Part shown: positions 1-12,501 of the stretch, in pieces
Position numbering within the stretch: position 1 is the first letter of the stretch
Layout: each line of letters opens with the position of its first letter
Assembly: GCA_964016885.1 (NCBI GenBank)
Contig: OZ024740.1
Coordinates: 323,082,001-323,146,000 of the forward strand
DNA length: 64,000 nucleotides
Direction of reading: 5' to 3'
Source of the DNA: Eledone cirrhosa
Lineage: Eukaryota
The notes under the pieces: generated by a model
Told to the model about the DNA's origin: nothing
The model's database searches: none
What the model saw: only the letters and a program-made list of their open reading frames with translations
Translations under genes and position numbers: made by a program

Positions 1-67
1 CTATAGATCTATGTAAAATGTTTACAAACTATCAGAGGGAATATACATACCTACACATATATATGCT

Positions 68-233
68 GGACAGACTTGAAGAGGAAGACCAAGGTTAACG
101 TATGTTGATGCTCTAAGGACAGACACTGGTCTGTTGGAGACGCAGGATATTGCAGCGATAATGAGGGACAGAGACCGCTCGAGAGAACTCGTCCATGGAT
201 CTCTGGAGTTTTACCCGCCCTAGAAAAAAAAAA
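68..233 (+). pseudogene. 3' remnant of an RTE/RTE-X-like LINE with short poly(A)
   Basis: Frame from 80 reads RGRPRLTYVDALRTDTGLLETQDIAAIMRDRDRSRELV..P*, the GRPRxxxxD...MxDRxxWR C-terminal signature of RTE-group ORF2; an A-run follows the stop. Confidence 0.7.
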
Positions 234-284
234 TATATATATACACGGAGTAAAGTAAAAACAATAGATGTAAGTAAGCAGGTT

Positions 285-527
285 AAAATTTCAAGGCATA
301 TTATGCACGTAAAAAAATTCATTTTCTTATTCCCCTAGGGCCCGCATTAGGTGAAAACCTGCCTTTTCCTGCTTCATCAAGGAAAATCTTAGATTATCCC
401 GCCATCAGAGTATTCGGTTTATTTTCTTTACATATTGTCCAGGCATGCAGTTTTTCCACGATTAGGTCTATTGGCGGCCTGCGTTCCAAAATATCTTATC
501 CCGTGCAACGCCGGGTACCACTGCTAG
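285..527 (+). mobile_element. Non-autonomous Helitron, 3' fragment
   Basis: Ends in hairpin cccgtgcaacgccggg plus CTAG|T (524-528); near-identical to 1807-1999. Confidence 0.75.
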
Positions 528-873
528 TATATGTATATTTGCAAGCGTTTAAAACCTAAAGCTAAGTGTGTAACTACAAAAATATATAAATTTCCCGCAT
601 ACCAGTACCTAATTACATATTCATTCTTTCTTGTCTATATATTATGTGTGCATTATGTGTACATTAATGTAGATATCTATATAAAAGCTTGAAATTACAT
701 TTACAAAGTCTTGTACGAATTTTGCGACATCTGATAAGTAGCAATCATCATCATCATAATATATATACATATATATATATATATGTCTTTCATTATTGCC
801 AACATTATTGCCAACAAAGTATTACAGTACACACACACGCACATACACACACACACGCACATATATATATATA

Positions 874-1998
874 TCCATATATATAAAACTGAGGATGTCT
901 GTCTGTGTGTGTGAGTTTGAATCCCTAAAACTCGAGAAGCACCAAACCAACTGTTTTCAAACTTTACACATGTAAGATTTATGTTTCAGGGAGTGTTCTG
1001 AGCAAAATAAAATTCAAATTATCAAAGCCCTAGGCACCGCATTAGACGATTTAGCGATCTCTCTCTATAATTCTTAGTCTTTCTCTTTTTAGATAGATAC
1101 ATACATATAACGTCGCGCCCTTATAATATCTATCTGTCTGGCTCTCTGCATCACGTCACTTCCCTGAGGATGTCTGTCTGTGTGTGTATGTGTGTCTGTG
1201 AGTTTGAATCCCTAAAACTCGAGAAGTACCCAACCGACTTTTTTCAAACTTTACATGTTTACATATTACTTATGTTTCAGGGAGTGATATGCACAGAAAA
1301 AATTCAACTGTTTGATCCCTAGGTGAAAAACTCCGTTTTTTCAGCTTTTTAGGGGTTTTTTGAGGCGTTACGTCAGACCGATTTCCTTGAAATTGTAACT
1401 ATGTATTAGTCAGGCTCTTCTTCATACCGTGAGCAAAGAAAATAAATCCAACTTTTTTATGGCCTAGGGCCGGCATTAGGTGAAAAACTTCATTTTTTCA
1501 GCTTTTTAGGCTTTTTTGAGGCGTTACGTCTAGCCGATTTTCCCGAAATATCACGGCATATTATGCACATAAAAAAAATTCCTTTTCTTGGACCCTATCA
1601 TTTGTTGCGAATTAGATATATTTTTCATTCCACAAGATGAAATCATATCAAAGCCAGCAATGTCTTTGTTTTAGATATTCAACTATTTGTTGAATTGTGG
1701 AATAGTTCAATTGTGGAATAGTTCAGTTTGTAACTGTATTTTTATTTGTGTATAGTGTGTTTGCAATTGTAAATGTGTATATGTGTATGTGAGTATTTTG
1801 TAAGTGAGGCCCGCATTAGGTGAAAACCTGCATTTTTCCTGTTTCATCGAGGAAAATCTTAAAGATTATCCAGCCATCAGAGTATTCGGTGTATTTTCTT
1901 TACATATTGTCCAGGCATGCAGTTTTTCCACGATTAGGTCTGTTGGCGGTCCGTGTTCCAAAATACCTTATCCCGTGCAACGGCGGGTACCACTGCTA

Positions 1999-1999
<1 letters not shown>
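874..1999 (+). mobile_element. Non-autonomous Helitron with both termini
   Basis: Starts A|TC catatatataaaac..gtctgtctgt and ends with hairpin cccgtgcaacggcggg plus CTAG|T; A/T target with no TSD; internal duplications (889-1020 vs 1164-1310). Confidence 0.8.
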
Positions 2000-2046
<47 letters not shown>

Positions 2047-2313
2047 GGAAAAAATGAAACGTAATTTCATTTTTCACTCTTAGTGCGGCTGTTACTTAAA
2101 TATAAGTATGTATACGTACATACATATATGTATACAGACGTACAGTAGTATGTATATATATATATATACATACATGCACACACATATATATGTACGTATG
2201 GATTCACCGAACATTTATTATAATGCTCGGTGTGTTTGTAAACAAACATCCCGAATTAAGCCGTACAGTGTCTAGCAACCATCGCTGCTCATTTGTTCAA
2301 CCCTGACAAAGGA

Positions 2314-2356
2314 ACGCTGTACTAGTTTCAAGCTTATTAGCTATCGTCAGCAACGT
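2314..2356 (-). ncRNA. Minimal type I hammerhead ribozyme (family A)
   Basis: Reverse complement reads acgttg CTGACGA tagct-aata-agctt GAAA ctag TA cagcgt: stems I and II, palindromic stem III, GUA cleavage triplet. Confidence 0.85.
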
Positions 2357-3100
2357 ATACCTTCCTGCCAGATGATTGAACGGCTGAAAGTATATACTTT
2401 CTTTATGCATATTAACGTTGAGCAGCCTAATTTGCATATCGAGTGAGTTAATCGGCCGGGGTACCGAAAACGATAAACGGAAAAAAGGAAACGAAATTTC
2501 ATTTCTCACTCTTAGTACGGCTGTTACTTAAATATAAGTATGTATACGTACATACATATATGTATACAGACGTATGTATATATATATACATACATGCACA
2601 CATATATATATGTACGTATGGAGTCACCGAACATTTATTATAATACTCGGTGTGTTTGTAAACAAACATCCTGAATTAAGCCGTACAGTGTCTAGCAACC
2701 ATCGTTGCTCATTTGTTCAACCCTGACGGCTTAATCCGGGGTGTTTGTTTACAAACACACTGAGCATTATAATAAATGTTCGGTGAATCCATACGTACAT
2801 ATATATATGTATGCATGTATGTATATATATATATACATACTACTGTACGTCTGTATACATATATATATACATATACTTACTACTGTACGTCTATATACAT
2901 ATATGTACGTATACATACTTATATTTAAATAACAGCCGTACTAAGAGTGAGAAATGAAATTTCGTTTCATTTTTTCCGTTTATCGTTTTCGGTACCCCGG
3001 CCGATTAACTCACTCGATATGCAAATTAGGCTGCTCAGCCGTTATTATGCATAAGGAAAGTATATACTTTCAGCCGTTCAATCATCTGGCAGGAAGGTAT

Positions 3101-3143
3101 ACGTTGCTGACGATAGCTAATAAGCTTGAAACTAGTACAGCGT
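3101..3143 (+). ncRNA. Minimal type I hammerhead ribozyme (family A)
   Basis: acgttg CTGACGA tagctaataagctt GAAA ctag TA cagcgt; stem I is extended by ttcaatcatctggcag / ttgtcagggttgaa. Confidence 0.85.
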
Positions 3144-3292
3144 TCCTTTGTCAGGGTTGAACAAATGAGCAGCGATGGATTACTAGACACTGTACGGCTT
3201 AATTCGGGATGTTTGTTTACAAACACACCGAGCATTATAATAAATGTTCGGTGAATCCATACGTACATATATATATGTGTGCATGTATGTAT

Positions 3293-3632
3293 GGTGGCTG
3301 CCACTCATTTTCGAGTACGGCCACTACTTTATATCCATGTAGGAGGACCCCTACCGATGCGCTGAACAAGTGTGACTTTTTAGTCCAGCCAGCGACTTGA
3401 AAACTCTGGTACAAACACTACACTTGCGACAATTATTGACACATAGTGCTGGGCCCATGGTACCATGTGAGGACAAGTGCAGAGAGATCTCCAGATATAA
3501 AGCAATGCCTGTGCCGTGAAGCTTTTATAGTGACAAAGGCACTGCACAAAGCATGTCCCACTCTCTTAACCAAGATGATATTTACCAAAAAGAAGAACAA
3601 GTCAACATCAGTGGATACCATCAGGGTTGCAG
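3293..3632 (-). mobile_element. 5'-truncated copy of a short non-autonomous RTE-derived element
   Basis: Near-identical to 47385-47730; minus strand encodes a C2H2-like RTE C-terminus (CSVCTRVFKSLAGLKSH); possible low-complexity TSD gtatgtat. Confidence 0.7.
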
Positions 3633-3866
3633 GTATGTATACATATATACATACTACTGTACGTTTGTATACATATATGTTTGTACGTATACATACTTAT
3701 ATATATATATATATATAGGTTAAGAAATCACGAATGAAAATGAATCTAACTAAACAGCTTTAAATACATGCACCTAAAGCTAAGGAAATTCCTGTTGTAC
3801 AAACTGTGCATAACACAAACACACTCAAACGGAAAGACAGAGGATACACATATACATGCACACACA

Positions 3867-3928
<62 letters not shown>

Positions 3929-4728
3929 CATGCACTAACATGTATATATATAATTGACCTCACAGGCAATGGGGAAACAGCCGAGCATCATGTAAGTCAG
4001 TCTAATGCAAAAGAAAACGTAGCTATATTGAAATAGTTAGAAAAAGAGTTAAAGTGCTGTATTGCCAACTACTTAGAAAGATCAAAGCTTGCAACACTGT
4101 GTGGGTTTATCTAATAGTTTCTGCAGACGTTTCGTAAGTTATTTTTCACATAAAACTTAAAATATTGACGGTAAAAATCTATATCTAAGAATATCTAAGA
4201 AACTAGTGCTTTCAAGGAAGTGTGTTAACTTGGGAAGTTAAATGAGGTTGAATACAACGGAGTTGTGTATTATGTAAATTGTTGCATTCAGGAAAACGTA
4301 TATTCAAACTTGCATCAAGCAGCTACTGCTATTAGACAGACACACACATGCACACATACACACATGCACGCATACATTCGTACATGCGTACATCCGTACG
4401 CAGAAACACACACGCATATATGATATATGTACACACTTTCTTTATGTTTTTCTCTGCATATTTTTGTCTATCAAGTAGAGTTTCACCTTTTTCATTTTTG
4501 TTTAATTTGTTCAATCGTCTGCTTCCTCGTCTGATATGCTTCGCTTTTATCTATAGCACACACATAGACACACACACACGCGCACACATGTATGTGTGTT
4601 TGTGTGCGTCTATGTGTGTGCATATCTGTGTGAGGTATTTCTTTACAGTTTTGTAATGAATACACTAAACATGCACCGACTGAAATACTGAAATACTTGT
4701 AGAGTGAAAATAGTATTTATTATTAACA

Positions 4729-4916
4729 GTGGATTGGCAGTGTCGGTAGAGGGTCGGACGCCATGCTTTGACGCATAGAATTACGGCCCTTGCCATTCTG
4801 AGTTCAAATCCCGCCGAGGTTAACTTTGCCTTTCATCCTTACGAGGTCGATAAAATAAACTACCAGTAATACACTGGGTAATTGCTGGCCTTGTGCCAAA
4901 AGTAGAAACAATTATT
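4729..4916 (+). mobile_element. tRNA-derived SINE (Meta-domain-like, octopus OK-like family)
   Basis: Box A-like tggcagtgtcggtag, box B gagttcaaatccc, core gcctttcatcctt.cgaggtcgataaa, tail ccaaaagtagaaacaatta; more than 12 relatives in the window. Confidence 0.85.
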
Positions 4917-4917
4917 A

Positions 4918-5436
4918 ACAGTGAAAGTGCAAGAATAGCAGGAACTGGTACAGCAATGTGCCAGCTACAGCATTCAGTGATAATAAGAAGGGAGGTTGGT
5001 ATCAAAACCGAACTTGCTATCTTCAATTCGGTATTCGTGTCAACCCTTATCTCTGGTTATGATTCTTGGCTCATGACCGAAAGAATAGAATCGCGAATAC
5101 AAGCGGCTGGAATCGGGTCCCTCCGAAGGGTTTTTGGAGTGCATAGCTCGGAGATTAGAGCGTCGCTTCAGGTAGAACCGCTACTTCTCCGAATTGAGAG
5201 ATCAAAGCTCCATATTACTGGCATGTGGTTAGAAAGAATCGTAGGACAGATTTTACAGGCAAAACCAGTCGGCAGGACACCCAGGGATAGACTCTATGTG
5301 TTTGGCTGGTCTTGCTTGGGGATCCACCCGGATCAGTTGAAGATGGTTGCTTCTGTCAGGACTCGCTGGTAGGAGTGTTTGTGGACGCTGACCTCCAAAC
5401 CTTCTCAGGAATAAGTGGGCGAAGAAGAAAAAGAAG
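4918..5436 (+). pseudogene. 3' fragment of an RTE-clade LINE with (GAA)n tail
   Basis: ORF 4893-5372 ..STLISGYDSWLMTERIESRIQAAGIGSLRRVFGV..SSEIRASLQVEPLLLRIERS..GRTPR resembles the RTE thumb/C-terminus; ends gaagaagaaaaagaag. Confidence 0.85.
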
Positions 5437-5624
5437 TGTGAAACGGAATTGGCACCTTAGAGACTAATGAAACGATTATTTCAACGGTCAGTAGCTTGAA
5501 AATCTTTTACGATTCAAGAAGCTTCTGTTGTTTCTAAGCAAATATTCACAATCTATTGTATGTATTGAGTTCATTTCCCTGGAGTTCTAATGCTTCTGTT
5601 AATTCCTTCCACGCCACCGCCGCT

Positions 5625-6696
5625 AATAATAATGGTTTCTGATTTAGGCACAAGGCCAGCAATGTTGGAGGAAGAGAAAGTCGATTAAACTGACCCCATT
5701 GCATTACTGGTGCTTTATTTTACTGACCCCGTAAGGATGAAAGGCAAAGCTAACATCAGTGGGGTTGAAATCATCTCCCGTTAATAATAATAATAAAATG
5801 AAAGGAGCCGTTCGTTAGGTCGGATGAAAGAAACAATGTTTCATTTCTGCTGGTCACAACTCCTGACAGAAGGAGCAACGTGATATATTTTATTTAAGAA
5901 GAGTTCAGCGCGATAGGAATCGAAACCATGACATTATGATAAGGAGTTCAGTACCACTCACCAACAGGATATGCACCTTAGGTTTTCAAGAAAAAAGCTG
6001 CTTCACAAGACGAACACGGGGACTTTCAATATCCCAAATGTAATGATTAATCGAAGAAATGGAAGAAATATCATGACGTGCGAAGCAACTGCTATTGCAT
6101 GGACTGTGGTTAAAACTAAAAGCAAAGAGGTGATGTTTATCCTCAGTGCGGACCAAGTAAACAATATTCTTATTGTTGATATTGTCTGTTAGGGCAACAG
6201 AATTGCCACCGCCTTTCTGGTGATTTGAGGTGAAATTTGTATTCAGAGGCAGGGGAGATACCGCAATGTATTCACATTGACCCTCTAACAATTTCCACCA
6301 ATCCACCACTCTTTGATTTGCACTTTATTTATCGACCCTGAAAGGACAGTATAGTGAGTCCTGGATTTGAACTCAGTGTGCAGAGAACCAGAACAACTGC
6401 TGCAAAACATTTAACTCATTGTTCTAGCGACACTTTGGAAAAGAATAATGAAATCTATTCGTAGCTCTATATCTTCTTCAGATATGGTTTTTAATTCAGA
6501 CAAAATGCCAGCAATTTGGGAAGAGGCGAAAAGTCGGTAACATAGACCCCAGTACTTGACTGATACTTTATTTTATTGAGTGCAGAAGGGTGAAAGGCAA
6601 AGTTGAACTCAGCGAGATTTAAACTCAAAACGTTAAGAGCCGTAAATATCGTTAGGTATTTAGTCCGACGCTCTAACGATTCTGCTAATCCACCAC
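5625..6696 (-). mobile_element. Cluster of degenerate SINEs (about 5625-5770, 5810-5960, 6190-6440, 6484-6696)
   Basis: Reverse-oriented cores such as gaccccgtaaggatgaaaggcaaag, aggcacaaggccagcaat and gatttgaactc. Confidence 0.7.
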
Positions 6697-7527
6697 ACTT
6701 ACACCTTCCTCAGATAATTTCAGTAAAAAATGTTGACCTAAATATTCTGAAATTCTGAAATACCTTCGCGGTTTCTTTTTTTTTTTTTTTTGACGCTTGA
6801 ATAGAAGCCACTTTGCTATTTGTTGTAAAGATAAACTCGTCGATACTGAAATTATTGTTTAATTTCACGGCAAATGAAGTTTTGACAGTTTCCACTAAAT
6901 CATCTGTAATTGATATTAGTCCATTACATTTTGACATAACATGCAAGGAATGTGACATCTTAAAGTTAGGAGTCGGCTTATGAATTATTTCTAATGAAAG
7001 GGTTTGTGTATTCACAAAGGTAATGCGTTAGTGGTTTGTTGTTTGTATAAGAGAAGTCTGTGCCAATTCCAACACTCGCTGTAATTCTTTAATAATTGTG
7101 TTATAATCTAAAACAATATTAGATAATTAATAGCTATTCAGAAATATTCATTAAAACATCATTTTGTTGCCATTATTGGAATATCAAGCACGCATGTGAT
7201 ATTCTCATCAGTTAGTTGAACAACAGTTCATCAACTTAAGTGTATTCCTCTCTTTACAGTGTGGCTTACATCAGATGCAGCATATCTAAATAACTAAGAA
7301 TTTCAGTTTGTATTCATATGGCCCCGTGTTCGATTCCACTGCATGCCGCCTTCAGTATTTTATCATAGCCTTGAGTAGAGTCAAGCTTTCTGAATGAAAT
7401 TGTGTAAACGGAAATTGTTTACAAGCGTTTTGGGTGGACAATACATATAATTCTAAGAGTCAGCTGTATGACACACAGAATTACGTTGGAAGTGCACGTG
7501 TCAGTGGAATTCTAAGCCACCTATACT

Positions 7528-7720
7528 ATAATTGTTTCTACTTTTAGCACAAGGCCAGCAATTACACAGTGCATTACTGGCACTTTATTTTATCGACCCT
7601 GTAAGGATGAAAGGCAAAGTTAACCTCGGCGGGATTTGAACTCAGAATGGCAAGGGCCGTAACTCTATGTGTCAAAGTATGGTGTCCGACCCTCTACCAA
7701 TACTGCCAATCCACCGCCCC
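7528..7720 (-). mobile_element. tRNA-derived SINE (same family as 4729)
   Basis: Full-length reverse complement of the 4729 and 10720 copies. Confidence 0.85.
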
Positions 7721-8190
7721 TATAATACAAGATGGAATGTACCTATCATTCTAAGAGCCGTATTTTCACCCACTGTATCAGGCTGAATCATCCAGAAAAT
7801 TACATTAACTTAGACCTGTCTAGTTTAATACTCATTGATAAGAACATTAATTGCAGAAGCAGGCTGTTTGGATGGTTAAATAACTAGAACACCAATCGTC
7901 GAAACTGACGTAAATCCATTCCAGCACGGCTTACTCTAGCATCATATTTAACCAAAACTTACACTGGTACAATGGTTAAGTGGTTCTCTATGCATTCGCG
8001 TGGTTCAAGGTTTGATCCTACTCAGCGGTATTTTGAGTATGTGTCTTTTACCATAGTGTCGGGTGAACTCAAGTCCTTTAAGTTCAATTCAGTAAATGTA
8101 ACCCGTGTGGAATTCTTGGTAATATACTTAGTTTGCTTCAATAACCTCAGCAACACGCGTGTAATTTATGTAAATAAACGAAATTCATAA

Positions 8191-8268
<78 letters not shown>

Positions 8269-9039
8269 ACACACACATCTATATATATATATGTATATAT
8301 ATATATATACATACACACACACCACAGACACACACACACATACACACACATTCACACACATATATATATACATATGTATATATATATATATGTATATATA
8401 TATTATTAAAAATAACTAAAATCATCTTAAATATAAATATATAATTCAAGATATGTTCTTATTTCTAAACGATGTCTGATTCCTAAAGCCAAACTAATCG
8501 TCTGGAACTAGGACGTTCTGATTAGGGAATTGGGAATTGCATATTATATCACAGAACATATTTTGTTTCTTGAAGATAAACAAAGTAATTTTTAATAAAA
8601 ACATCAAAATTTATTTCTCACATTTCTTTTTACTGGTGTCTATATTTCTTGTCTGTGTTTTCATAACCAGCTTGAATTATGGGTGAGGCGTTAATAATTT
8701 TGACTTCTGGGGCTTGATGTGACGAGGATGATGTGACGATCATGTTGTCCTTTATGCGCCAATGACAATGAAGTAAGTAGATTGTAATATATGTAGTCTA
8801 CTTTCTTGAGCCATTTGCGGTTATAAAGAATTCGTCTGAACCTTATGTTTTAGAAAGTATCTCTGTGTCACCCTGTCGATATTCCGAAGGTCATTAACAA
8901 TGTATGAGATGTATCAGAGCTATATCACTAGGAATAGAAACTAGGGTTGCTCTTTACCTCATGTGCTGGCTGGAAATAATCAGTGATTTTTATTTTTATT
9001 ATTCTTTGACTGGAACAGTAGAATATATGTATTCCATTG

Positions 9040-9660
9040 AACTAGTGCAGTAAATGACCAATACTTATCTATTGAATGTTGACCTGGAGTGGGCTGAAGG
9101 ATTCAGGGGTGAGATACAATATAGATGAATAGGATTAGACAGTGTATGAGAGGGGTGGCGGTGGCTGAAAGTAACATTACAGATTACTGATACACATATT
9201 TCACCAATCTGAACAACAAAAGGAGAAATGTGGACCAAGTATAGAATAGGTTGTTGAACCGAGGAACATATCCTCAAACTAGAGATCTGACCCGAATGTT
9301 TGCAACAAGTAAACCCCAGTAAAGAGGACTCAAGAATAAAGTAGTTCTATTAAATTGGGCAGCGTGTATGTCATGTTTACTTTGTTTTGGGAAGCAGAGT
9401 AGAGAAGGAAGTTTAGTTAAATCATTTCTTAATTTTGAAGTTCCTGCGTTTGAATCTGGGCGAGAAATAGTTTAAAACTGAGGAAGAAATCTCCGTAATT
9501 TGACAGATAATTTCATTAGGTTTCCTGAATAATTCATCGTTACATTTAAATGACTTGGGAACGCAAATATTGATTAAGGTCAGGTTTAATTAAGTAACCA
9601 ATTTTAAGACGATCGTGGCAAGTTAAGCAGCATATATTCGATGTAGGAGTTTACTGAGCT
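9040..9660 (-). pseudogene. Possible very old I/Jockey-group LINE remnant
   Basis: Minus-strand fragments RLKIGYL..YL../FKC (ORF1-like) followed by VICNVTFSHRHP (weak echo of APE GDFNAHHP); heavily decayed. Confidence 0.25.
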
Positions 9661-10159
9661 TTATTAATGCGCTTAAATAGATATCCACTCACCATAGTTA
9701 CGTTGTGTATTGAAAATATCATTGAAGCTTTTATTTACGTCACTTATATCGCAGGAGAGCAGGTATGGATCAAAATGAGAGAACAAGTCGACTGTGAGAA
9801 CGTGGAACCAACTAGAAACATGAAACATGCAGGTATAAATATGGCTGCGGTTATTTCACGTTAAAATGAATATTCAACGGAGTAGAATGGAATATATGTG
9901 TGATTTAATAGATTTATGTTATCAATTTCCTTCCATCTTAAGACAGAATTTCTCTAGGAAATATCCAAGTAGATACATTTTACCAGTATGACAGGGTCAT
10001 ATTTTATATTGCATAGCAAGCATCTTGTTTACGTTTTCTTAAGTAAAAACTCTTCAATGTAGATAAATATAGCTTTATTAATGTGGGGAAAACCATCATA
10101 CCATATTATGTCTCAGGAGGGGAACGTAAATACCAACCAAATTCCAATATTGTTACTTC

Positions 10160-12012
10160 GGCTAGAGGGGTACATATGCTGAATCGCTAGAGCGTCGAAC
10201 AAATCCAATGCAATATTTATTTCAACTCATTACGTTTTGAGATAGAATCCCTTTCATCCTTCTGGGGGTCAATATAATTGACATACCTCTCTCCCTGGAA
10301 TTGCTGGCCTTGTGCCTAAATAAGAAACCATTATTATTTCACTTGTTTTCTATAGGTGTATTCAGTCGCTGCTGTCATTTAACCCTAGGTTATCCCTGAT
10401 AATACAGATATATATTTAAAATATTTAGCTATTTTTTGCCATAGTGTAATTTAAGGAAGATTTCGTTGCTATTTCTAGCTGGTGGAGCGATCATGGAGAA
10501 TCACTTCCATTTGATTCATAACTGCCAATTGTTGTTGATAGGGACAATGAAATAACGTACTAAAAGAAGCAGTCAAATACTGGGGTTGATTTAATGGACT
10601 TTCCTATCCAGTCAGATTGCTGGCCTTGTGCCTATAGTAGAAATCATCACCACCACCACCACCACCACCACCATCATCATCATCATTAATTTTAAAGCAT
10701 TATTACTATTGGCAGTAAAGGGCGGTGGATTGGCAGTATCGGTAGAAGGTCGAGAGGCCATGCTTTGACGCATAGAGTTACGGCCCTTTCCCTTCTGAGT
10801 TCAAATCCCGCCGAAGTTTACTTTGCCTTTCATCCTTAAGGGGTCGATAATAAAGTACTAGTAATACACTGGGTAATTGCTGGTCTTGTGCCAAAAGAAG
10901 AAACAATTATTATTATAGGCAGTGTCGGTAGAGCGTCGGACAACATGCTTCGCAACATAGAGTTATGACCTTTTATGTTCTGAGTTCAAATCCCACCGAG
11001 GTTAGCTTTGCCTTTCATCCTTACGGGGTCGATAACATAAAGTACCAGTAATACACTAGGATAATTGCTGGCCTTGTGCCAAAAATAGAAACAATTATTA
11101 TAATTTCCTTGGATATCTGTATATTTACATACATTTCACCGGATCTCATCAAGGGACATGGGGTGGGTAATGGTTTATTATGACCCATTTTATCTCAGCA
11201 CCACTCATGACTAATGGTATTTATTGAGTGTTTGAGAAAGCAGGTAACAATGCATCCTACACACACACACGCACAAATGTAAGCACAGACTATTCATAGA
11301 TTCAAAAGATCTATATTTACTATTTTTAGATACATGTAGTCAGTGAAACCAATTAGAATATTTATAGTTATACTTTACGTTTACAAATGTATGCATATAT
11401 TAAGCCACAATTGAATACAGAATATAATGGATGAAGTGCAACCTTTAGTGCATGTATGTGCCACATGCAAGATACAATGCGGTTTGCTTTTCCAAAATCA
11501 CATTGACAATGCTCTTCGCAAAATATGCAGTATGATTTTCTGAACTTCTTTTAAGCAAGGTTAACCTGGTATATGATCCAAGAGTGTGTCAGTCCTCTTG
11601 TTTATAAGACAACATACTTTGTGTCACTGAGTTACGACCCTTTACGTTCCGAGTTCAAATCCTACTGAGGTTACCTTTCCCTTTCATCCATACGAGGTCG
11701 ATAATATAAAGTACCAGTCATACACGTCATACACTGGGATCGAGTTAATCGACTGTCCCCTCCCCCCAAATTGCTGGCCTTGTGCCTAAATCAGAAACCA
11801 TTATTACTATTATTTGGATTGGCAGAATCGGTAGAGGGTCGAACGCCATGCTTTGTAGCATAGAGTTACGCCTCTGTACAGTTTGAGTTCAAATCCCGCC
11901 GAGGTTAACTTTGCCTTGCATCCTTACGGGGTCGATGAAATAGAGGACCAGTAATGCACTGGGATAATTGCTGGCCTTGTGCCAAAAGTAGAAACAATTA
12001 TTATTATTATTA
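10160..12012 (+). mobile_element. Cluster of six co-oriented SINE copies (10160-10337, 10575-10645, 10720-10916, 10918-11102, 11625-11808, 11815-12012)
   Basis: Each carries some or all of gagttcaaatccc, cctttcatcc..ggtcgata and gctggccttgtgcc..agaaac. Confidence 0.85.
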
Positions 12013-12447
12013 TCACGACATTATCCATCCACTAATGTAGTATATGAAATGACTTTAAGGTTATAACAATAGTATATTTCTACACAATGTTTCAGGAAAA
12101 CGGAGTAAAGAATATTAGAATTACAGAATAGATTATCAGAATAAGAATTTAAAGATGAGGAAGAATAAAACAATACACTACCGAAATTCTTTATTCCATT
12201 CTCCTTGTTTGCAAATTGTATAACTTCACAATAATGTGGATTTCAGATTGTGGTGCCTCTCCTATATTATCGATATTGGCAATGGAATAATGCATTGATA
12301 TCTACATATCACGAATGGTATTTGTTTATATATATATTATATATATACATTATATAAATATATCATATATATATATATATTATATATATATATGATATAT
12401 ATATATGATACATTTATATAATATATATATATATACAAACACACACG

Positions 12448-12501
<54 letters not shown>

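Larger units (their letters stand above)
2041..3700. mobile_element. Tandem plus inverted array of a ~432-bp hammerhead-bearing unit (family A; Penelope pLTR/retrozyme-like)
   Basis: ataaacggaaaaaa at 2041 recurs at 2473; orientation flips at ~2726; flanked by (TA)n; interrupted by an insertion at 3293-3632. Confidence 0.8.

Noticed and set aside
4110-4150. Minus-strand GAAAcgTC hammerhead-like half
   Set aside because: No CUGAnGA or stem I upstream; too little to call.
7175-7211. Minus-strand CTGATGA followed by an 8-bp hairpin
   Set aside because: Followed by CAAT rather than GAAA, and no stem I partner was found.
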